From positions 1,389-65,388 of the forward strand of contig CAZAJO010000005.1 of assembly GCA_964485575.1 (NCBI GenBank): DNA of 64,000 bases. Reading direction: 5' to 3'. Within the stretch, counting starts at the first letter, position 1, and each line of letters opens with the position of its first letter. Source of the stretch: an uncultured Gammaproteobacteria bacterium. GTDB lineage: Bacteria; Patescibacteriota; Microgenomatia; Levybacterales; GWA1-39-11. Positions 58,154-64,000 of the stretch are shown here, one piece after another. The notes beneath the pieces were generated by a model. That model worked only from the letters and a program-made list of their open reading frames with translations, did not search any database and was not told the DNA's origin. The translations under genes were made by a program, and so were the position numbers.

Positions 58154-58689
58154 AAAAGAGGTAACCCCGGGTAAATAACTTTGAGTTTGCTTTTTTCAAT
58201 ATTTAATAGTTTGCCTGCATCATTTTTAGTTGAATCTGAAATACAAAATATTAAGTCACTCTCCTTCTTGACCCAAGAGAGTTTTTTCTTTTGCACATTT
58301 ATTATTTTCGCATCTGTCTCCTTTGGAAATTTATAGATGATTAGATCATAAAGAATTGTTGCTTTTTTTGCTTTTTTTGTCGGTGGTTCAGTCCAGTCTG
58401 AAGTAATAAATAAATCAACAGGTCCGATGAATGATTCTATCGGGAACTTATGGATGTTATTCCACATAAGATTGAGAGCTGCAGGTGGGAATCTAAAAGT
58501 TTTTAATGAAACGTTTGGGTTTTTCACAAACTCATCAACTGAGGGCGGTACACTCCTTCTTAAAGACGAAAAAAATAATACATATTCATTACCATTCTGT
58601 CTGATAAGCTCACGAACCAGATTTTCTAAATAGTTAGCAACGCCGGTGTTTGAATATGCTAATTGGCTTACATCAATTCCTATTTTCAT
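58150..58689 (-). pseudogene. Truncated GT4 N-terminal domain (possible gene remnant)
   Basis: 179 aa starting MKIGIDVSQLAYSNTGVANYLENL, which parallels the N-termini of the GT4 genes at 46021..47106 and 55410..56534. It lacks the C-terminal donor-binding domain. Confidence 0.4.
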
Positions 58690-58700
58690 ATTAATTAATT

Positions 58701-58733
58701 GTTAACAAGTTAAAAAGTTAAAATGTTAACGAG
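58701..58733. repeat. GTTAAC-rich intergenic repeat element, copy D
   Basis: Reads gttaacaagttaaaaagttaaaatgttaacgag, nearly identical to the 5' half of copy C. It overlaps the stop codon of the four-helix-bundle gene. Confidence 0.65.
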
Positions 58734-59115
58734 TGGAAAATTCTCCATCACTTTTTTTTGCTTGTAAATATCTTGCAAATTTACCTATCATACTAGAAAG
58801 TTTTACAAGCTGATCACTTATAGCTAAAAATTCCTGCTCAGTAATATATCCAATTTCCTTACTTATATATAATTGAGTTCGTAGTTCGCCACATGAACCT
58901 TTTGCTATTCTCAAAAAATAAATAAATTCGTTATTATTGTTTCTCTCAAATCCCTCGGTAATGTTTGATGCTACTGAAACTGAAGCTCGTCGAAGTTGAT
59001 CAGTCAAACCGTAATCTTTTATAAATGGTGCTTTTTTTGTCATCTTATAAATTATTACAGCTATCTCAGTGGACAGTTTCCAAATCTCAAGTTCTTCAAA
59101 TTTGTGTACTTTCAT
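58726..59115 (-). CDS. Four-helix-bundle protein (23S rRNA intervening-sequence protein family, TIGR02436-like)
   Basis: 129 aa containing SVASNITEGFER...AKGSCGELRTQL, which matches the family signature as I recall it. Confidence 0.75.
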   Translation of the reverse strand: MKVHKFEELEIWKLSTEIAVIIYKMTKKAPFIKDYGLTDQLRRASVSVASNITEGFERNNNNEFIYFLRIAKGSCGELRTQLYISKEIGYITEQEFLAISDQLVKLSSMIGKFARYLQAKKSDGEFSTR

Positions 59116-59128
59116 AATCTAATTAATG

Positions 59129-59184
59129 TAACCCTTTAACCCTTTAACCCTTTAACCCTTTAACCCTTTAACCCTTTAACCCTT
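59129..59184. repeat. Tandem octamer repeat (TAACCCTT)x7
   Basis: Seven perfect head-to-tail units span the stop region of the 59168..60082 gene and the intergenic spacer up to the 4HB gene. Confidence 0.9.
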
Positions 59185-60082
59185 TAACGTTTATTTTACT
59201 GATCTTCCTTGTCTCTTTGTTGCCCAAGTATCCTAAGAAGTGCATTAATTCCACAATGATTGTGAGCCTTTGATATCGTCTCTTTAACATGAAATGCTCC
59301 CTATCCCCTACCTCTTCGTTCTCTTTCTGTTTTTCGGGGTACTTAAATGGAACAGTAACTGACACTACTCTTAACCCTTTAAAAAGGGCCTTAACGACAG
59401 GGAAAAATTGAGCATTTGAATATTCTTCAAGGTTGAATAATTTGTGCTCTAAGAGCGTATCAAATGGATTTGCATCGTAATGCGAAAAGAGATATTTCAA
59501 CTTCTTTGGGTCATTTTTAAATACCCGGGCTCCAAAAAAAACGTCAAGGTCCTCTGCGTGTGGTGATAAGAGTCCGTTTGCTCTCAAAGCTTCACTGTAA
59601 AGAAGATTTGCCTCAACTTCTGATTCAAACATGTAAGAGGGGTAGGTTTTTTTGAAGAGTGTAACCTCCCGCCTTGGGATAACCAAGTCAGCCTGATCAT
59701 TCAATACGGGGGCAACAATTTCTCTCATGCAGTCGGTCACGAGAGATACCTTTTCAATCTCTGTCATCACAATCGCTTTTACTCCAGGAATTTTTGATGC
59801 CTCAAAGATGGCCTTTCTCCTATTTGGCGATCTTTTAGGTATCTTCGCTTTGAAAAGCTTTACACCAGGAATTCTTTTAAGCTCTGCATAAAGAGTTTTT
59901 GAGCTTCCACCATCTACCAAAACGACCTTGTATCCTACCCCTGCAGCAAATTTTACAGAATATAAAATAAGGTCACCCCGAATCTTATCAGTGTGTTTTA
60001 TACTTTTCAGGGGACCGCTATACCATTTAGGTAGATATACAATACCAATCAAAGCAATTTCAGAAGGCTCAAAAGACTCCAT
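59168..60082 (-). CDS. Hypothetical protein (possibly glycosyltransferase-related)
   Basis: 304-aa ORF whose last three codons (KG-LKG) are encoded by the octamer repeat. Confidence 0.4.
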   Translation of the reverse strand: MESFEPSEIALIGIVYLPKWYSGPLKSIKHTDKIRGDLILYSVKFAAGVGYKVVLVDGGSSKTLYAELKRIPGVKLFKAKIPKRSPNRRKAIFEASKIPGVKAIVMTEIEKVSLVTDCMREIVAPVLNDQADLVIPRREVTLFKKTYPSYMFESEVEANLLYSEALRANGLLSPHAEDLDVFFGARVFKNDPKKLKYLFSHYDANPFDTLLEHKLFNLEEYSNAQFFPVVKALFKGLRVVSVTVPFKYPEKQKENEEVGDREHFMLKRRYQRLTIIVELMHFLGYLGNKETRKISKINVKGLKG

Positions 60083-60085
60083 GTA

Positions 60086-60304
60086 TTAATGATACCGTTT
60101 TTTTATGAAGAAAAGAAGACTGGCAAGGAGAAAAAAGAAAAAGGCATACATAATAAGCCTTTGACCGGTAAAGAAAACCCAAAAAGCGAAGAAAGGTATA
60201 GAGACAATCAAGCAAATTATACCGGCCCAAACCAACCACTCATATCTTTGCCTATATAGTAGAAAAAGAGTAAATACAATAAACACGATATCCTGTATTT
60301 TCAT
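60086..60304 (-). CDS. Small hypothetical membrane protein
   Basis: 72 aa with two TM helices. Confidence 0.3.
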   Translation of the reverse strand: MKIQDIVFIVFTLFLLYRQRYEWLVWAGIICLIVSIPFFAFWVFFTGQRLIMYAFFFFLLASLLFFIKKRYH

Positions 60305-61527
60305 TATTTTTCAGTGAAAATCTTGATAATTTCTTCTCTCTCAGAACGAGTAAGTTCTGCGTTGTTTCCAAAGTAAAGTCCCTGCTCATGAATTAATTTC
60401 GCATTTGAGTTCTGCTCTAGATACTTTTTCATATACTTACTGAAGAATGGTTGCTGAGCCATATCTCCCCCAACGATTGGTCTTATCTCGACTCTTTCAT
60501 TACACTTCTTAACAAGCTCATCTCTAATTTTTTGAGTCTTGCAGATAACTGGGAAGGCAAAATTTGAGAATGTATCCAGATGACTATATCTGACAGGGTA
60601 ATATCTCGGGTCTGAGTAAATTTTCTTTGCCAACTCCTTAAAATTGGACTCTCTCTTTTCTACTATTTCTGGCAAATATTTTATTTGAGTGTTTCCTACA
60701 AATCCATTTATCTCTGTCGGTCGAAGATTATAACCCAAATCATAAAAAGTGTACCGTGAGTAAAATGTAGAGTTGACTTTAAATTTATCCCTTATCTTCT
60801 GTTGTTTTTTTGAAGTTAAGTTCCTATCCCAACCATGAGCTCTAACCAGGCGTAATTGGTTTGCTAGGTTGTCATTGTCAGTGCAAATTGCGCCACCCTC
60901 TATAGTTGACATATGATGCCCAACATAAAAAGAGATAGTTGAAGCGAGTCCAAAATTACCAAGTCTAGTACCTTTGTAGACTGTTCCTAACCCTTCACAA
61001 TTGTCTTCAATAAGGATTATCTTATTTTTTTTGCAATAATCACGTATCCTATCTATATCATCGGTAAATCCCAACAAGTTTGTAAGAAAAATCATTTTCA
61101 ATTTATACTTTTTTAATGTTTCTTCAATTTTTATACTAGATACATTTAGGGTGTCTAACTCAACATCAATCGGAATTGCTGTTAGACCTAGTTGAATAAG
61201 AGGCATTACATTAGTTGACCAAGTAAGAGCAGAAAATCCTACAAGATCTCCTTTTTTCAACTTCCCTAAATTAAGCAGTGCCTGTATTAACGCTAGGTTT
61301 GCTGAGCTTCCTGAATTTACGAATATACAGTGTTTGCTTCCCTGATATTTAGCGAAATTTTCCTCAAATTTTTGACACTCTTGACCAAAACTTAAAAATT
61401 TTGCCTTTAAAATAAAATTTGCGAGCTTTTGCTTCGTCTCTCTTTCTTTATAGAATGTGGATTTGACTAATTTAATCATTTTTTTTCTTGGTGAATTTAA
61501 CTGAAATATATACCAATCCAATAACAA
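60304..61527 (-). CDS. DegT/DnrJ/EryC1/StrS family PLP-dependent sugar aminotransferase/dehydratase
   Basis: The fold-type I PLP enzyme core, with a Lys region FYVGHHMSTIEGGA typical of DegT-family sugar aminotransferases. Confidence 0.8.
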   Translation of the reverse strand: MLLDWYIFQLNSPRKKMIKLVKSTFYKERETKQKLANFILKAKFLSFGQECQKFEENFAKYQGSKHCIFVNSGSSANLALIQALLNLGKLKKGDLVGFSALTWSTNVMPLIQLGLTAIPIDVELDTLNVSSIKIEETLKKYKLKMIFLTNLLGFTDDIDRIRDYCKKNKIILIEDNCEGLGTVYKGTRLGNFGLASTISFYVGHHMSTIEGGAICTDNDNLANQLRLVRAHGWDRNLTSKKQQKIRDKFKVNSTFYSRYTFYDLGYNLRPTEINGFVGNTQIKYLPEIVEKRESNFKELAKKIYSDPRYYPVRYSHLDTFSNFAFPVICKTQKIRDELVKKCNERVEIRPIVGGDMAQQPFFSKYMKKYLEQNSNAKLIHEQGLYFGNNAELTRSEREEIIKIFTEK

Positions 61528-63382
61528 AAGTACTGATACTTACTAAAAATAATATTGACACCCAGTTTTGTGGTTCATAACTAATTTCGATATTATAACT
61601 GTCATTATTAGGTATTACAAAGCTATTGAGCCCGTGATAAGATTTTGACTTGATTGTTTCAATTCCCGTTCTCATAATCCAATTGCTATCGTAAGTGTCT
61701 CCAAAAATTAAGACATCGTTTGATGAGGGAAGTATTGAAAGTCTATAAAAATTTGGATTGCTTGAAATTATCTTTATCCTTCCATTAGAATTTTCTTCAG
61801 CAAATCTAAAATGCTCTTCATAACCTTTTGTTTTGAACAGAATAATCGATCCAAAAGCTCTATCTTTTGTAAGGTAGGGAATCTTCTCAAGTTTTTCTAT
61901 TGAAAGATTGTATTGTGCCCTGTCAAATTTTCCATCGTCAACAAAAATCTCCCCCTCAGTGTCTGAAGGCACAACAATATATTTGACAGAAAGCTCTGAC
62001 AACCTTTGCTCCATGTTAGGATTTGATAGTTCGTGAAGCATCCCTTTCATACTTTGATCTTTAAATATCTCGCCTCTTCCGATTGCCGGATGGTTGTTTG
62101 AGAAATACCCGAATCTTTGGATTTGTGGAATCCACAATGTTCTATAAAACTCTGGCTGTTGAGTTATGAATTTCTTATACTGTATATAGTCTGAGGAGAC
62201 TGTTCTTAATTTAAATATTCCAGTTATTTTCCCTTGGAAAAGAGGGAAGGATAACACAATCCATAATATGGTGAAAGAGATAAAGACAATATTATTTGAT
62301 TTCTTTTTTAATTTTTTGAACTTGGAAAGTATTGAAACAAGATATTGAAGACCAATTGGTATGAGGAGTGCATAACAAAAAGCTATAGGAATATAAAATT
62401 TTGTAGGATCTCGAAACATGGAAAACCCGGGGACACTTTTTAGAAATTGAAGATATACAAAACCAAGAGGATCATTAACACCTTTTGCCAGGAAGATAAA
62501 CAACAGCAAAACAAGCGTTATAGTAACAATTTTTTTAGTTTGCTTTTTATTATTATTTAGTAATGAAACGAACGCTATTGTTGGAATTAGAATAAATTCA
62601 GGACGCATGAAATGTACCCTTCCAAAAATATTCTCCGGCCAATTCGGGTGAAGTAGAGAAATGGTGTTCTCAAGTTTTGCAAAACTGAAGAATGAAAAAT
62701 CATTGGTTGAAGCATAAATAGTAGGAGTGATCTTTGAACCCGCGTAATAAAGTAATATTGGCACTACCCAATATCCATGGGTTAAGAAAATCAAAATTAG
62801 TGGTAGCAATATCGTATATTTAAATGCCTTAAAGAATGCTTTTAGCTCTCCCATGAAAAGAAGCAATCCAAGCAAGATACAAGTTATAAAAAATATGCGC
62901 GGATCAAAAAGAAGTTGAAATGAAAAAACCAATCCAAAGAAAATAGAGTTTCTTAGGTCTGGTTTTCTTGCATTTTTAAGAAATCTAAAGACCACTAAAG
63001 GTACCATGCTATAGGAAAGTGCAACGCCTAATTGCCCCCCGGAAAAAACCATCAGGAAATAAGTGTTGCCAATATAGACAAGGCTAGAGATTATTGCAGA
63101 TTTTTTATCGCAGTCCCACAAAAATCTTGACAGTAGGTACATGGATAAAAAGCCAATAAGTATTGAAGGGATTATCCAACACAAAAGGCCTATTGCATCC
63201 CAAGAAAATCCAATCCTAGAAAGCAAGGAAGTCATATAGAGATATCCGGTTATCCAAAGCGTATTTAGCTGCGGTTGTCCTACTCCTGTATTAAGACTGG
63301 AATCCCATGCTGATGGAATGCCTGAGAAATTGATAACATTTTCAGGAAAGAAAAATCTCCAATCACCACCGGCTATATTCAT
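61472..63382 (-). CDS. Large polytopic membrane protein (YfhO-like / putative glycosyltransferase)
   Basis: 636 aa with more than 12 TM helices and a C-terminal soluble domain. The 5' end overlaps the DegT gene, so the start is probably internal. Confidence 0.45.
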   Translation of the reverse strand: MNIAGGDWRFFFPENVINFSGIPSAWDSSLNTGVGQPQLNTLWITGYLYMTSLLSRIGFSWDAIGLLCWIIPSILIGFLSMYLLSRFLWDCDKKSAIISSLVYIGNTYFLMVFSGGQLGVALSYSMVPLVVFRFLKNARKPDLRNSIFFGLVFSFQLLFDPRIFFITCILLGLLLFMGELKAFFKAFKYTILLPLILIFLTHGYWVVPILLYYAGSKITPTIYASTNDFSFFSFAKLENTISLLHPNWPENIFGRVHFMRPEFILIPTIAFVSLLNNNKKQTKKIVTITLVLLLFIFLAKGVNDPLGFVYLQFLKSVPGFSMFRDPTKFYIPIAFCYALLIPIGLQYLVSILSKFKKLKKKSNNIVFISFTILWIVLSFPLFQGKITGIFKLRTVSSDYIQYKKFITQQPEFYRTLWIPQIQRFGYFSNNHPAIGRGEIFKDQSMKGMLHELSNPNMEQRLSELSVKYIVVPSDTEGEIFVDDGKFDRAQYNLSIEKLEKIPYLTKDRAFGSIILFKTKGYEEHFRFAEENSNGRIKIISSNPNFYRLSILPSSNDVLIFGDTYDSNWIMRTGIETIKSKSYHGLNSFVIPNNDSYNIEISYEPQNWVSILFLVSISTFVIGLVYISVKFTKKKND

Positions 63383-63387
63383 TTGAC

Positions 63388-63774
63388 TTATTTTTCTTCC
63401 TTTATTATTCTAATGAAATTAATGACAATTATCGAGAAGAATAACATATAACTGATTTGGGCAAATGTGTCGGCAACATCATATAGATGTAGGTATGACA
63501 AAGGCATCGCAAAGATAAGAAGAAGGAAGGCAAACTTAAGAATTTTTGTGACTCTTGGTTTTAGAAGAATTAGTAGCAATACAATCGACACTATAAGGGG
63601 CAAAGTCGGGATAAGCCCAAGCAATATACTTGCGTATGGAACGGACTTTAAAAGATAGGTCCCGCTAAAACCAACAATTACGATCAGTATTTCCGGTAAG
63701 AAAAGCCTATACCACGCGAATAGTTGTCTACTTTTTTTAAGAAATGAGTGGATCTTATTTTTTAACTTTTTCAT
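63388..63774 (-). CDS. Small hypothetical membrane protein
   Basis: 128 aa with 3-4 TM helices. Confidence 0.35.
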   Translation of the reverse strand: MKKLKNKIHSFLKKSRQLFAWYRLFLPEILIVIVGFSGTYLLKSVPYASILLGLIPTLPLIVSIVLLLILLKPRVTKILKFAFLLLIFAMPLSYLHLYDVADTFAQISYMLFFSIIVINFIRIIKEEK

Positions 63775-64000
63775 AGATAAGAAAAGCTAGTATGCTCAAA
63801 AGTGAAAGGCCAGAAATAATAAATCCAAGGGTAACCAGTCTCTGGGACTTATACGTTATACTCCCTGAAGCGTCTTTTCCTACTATCCATGCGTTTGCAT
63901 ATCCATTTGCCAAGAATTTTGCATTATTCCCAGTTGTTTCCCATTCTTTACTAAATGAGAATGGAAGCAATACTAACCCACTTTTTCCTTTCTCGTAGGA

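Noticed and set aside
59129-59184. Possible CRISPR array, given the regularly spaced repeats
   Set aside because: The units are 8 nt long, perfectly tandem and have no spacers, and no cas genes are nearby. It is a microsatellite, not a CRISPR array.

Overview
This is a low-GC bacterial window, gene-dense and mostly minus-strand. It has the look of a Candidate Phyla Radiation / Patescibacteria genome, which is inference from the archaeal-type ProRS, the DUF4012 and four-helix-bundle proteins, the split GlmU and the very large glycosyltransferase locus. Positions 1-14,000 hold a division/cell-wall (dcw) cluster on the minus strand: mraZ-rsmH-ftsL-ftsI-murE-murC-murA-(split glmU)-mraY-ftsW-murG-ftsQ-ftsA. 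Positions 14,000-33,000 are an accessory region. It contains a ~400-bp high-GC foreign gene at 17.5 kb and a five-gene minus-strand candidate defence island at 18.6-26.1 kb. The island runs GxxExxY nuclease, PD-(D/E)XK/DUF4268 nuclease, zeta-toxin-like kinase, a catalytically degenerate MTase-like Zn-ribbon protein, and a 1341-aa fusion of a T5orf172 (GIY-YIG-like) domain, an SF2 helicase and an N6-adenine methyltransferase. I read that fusion as a novel Type ISP-like single-chain restriction-modification enzyme. Positions 33,000-41,000 carry housekeeping genes (SRAP, GNAT, VIT, DoxX, metK with a candidate SAM-I-like riboswitch leader, proS, recO). Positions 41,000-64,000 are a large cell-envelope polysaccharide locus (DUF4012, sugar phosphotransferase, ManC-like, several GT4/GT2, GT39/ArnT-like, an O-antigen-ligase-like giant, DegT aminotransferase). 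I could not support any rRNA, tRNA or CRISPR array. I also found a GTTAAC-rich intergenic repeat family in at least 4 copies, a (TAACCCTT)x7 tandem repeat, and repeated TGgTACAAT promoters.
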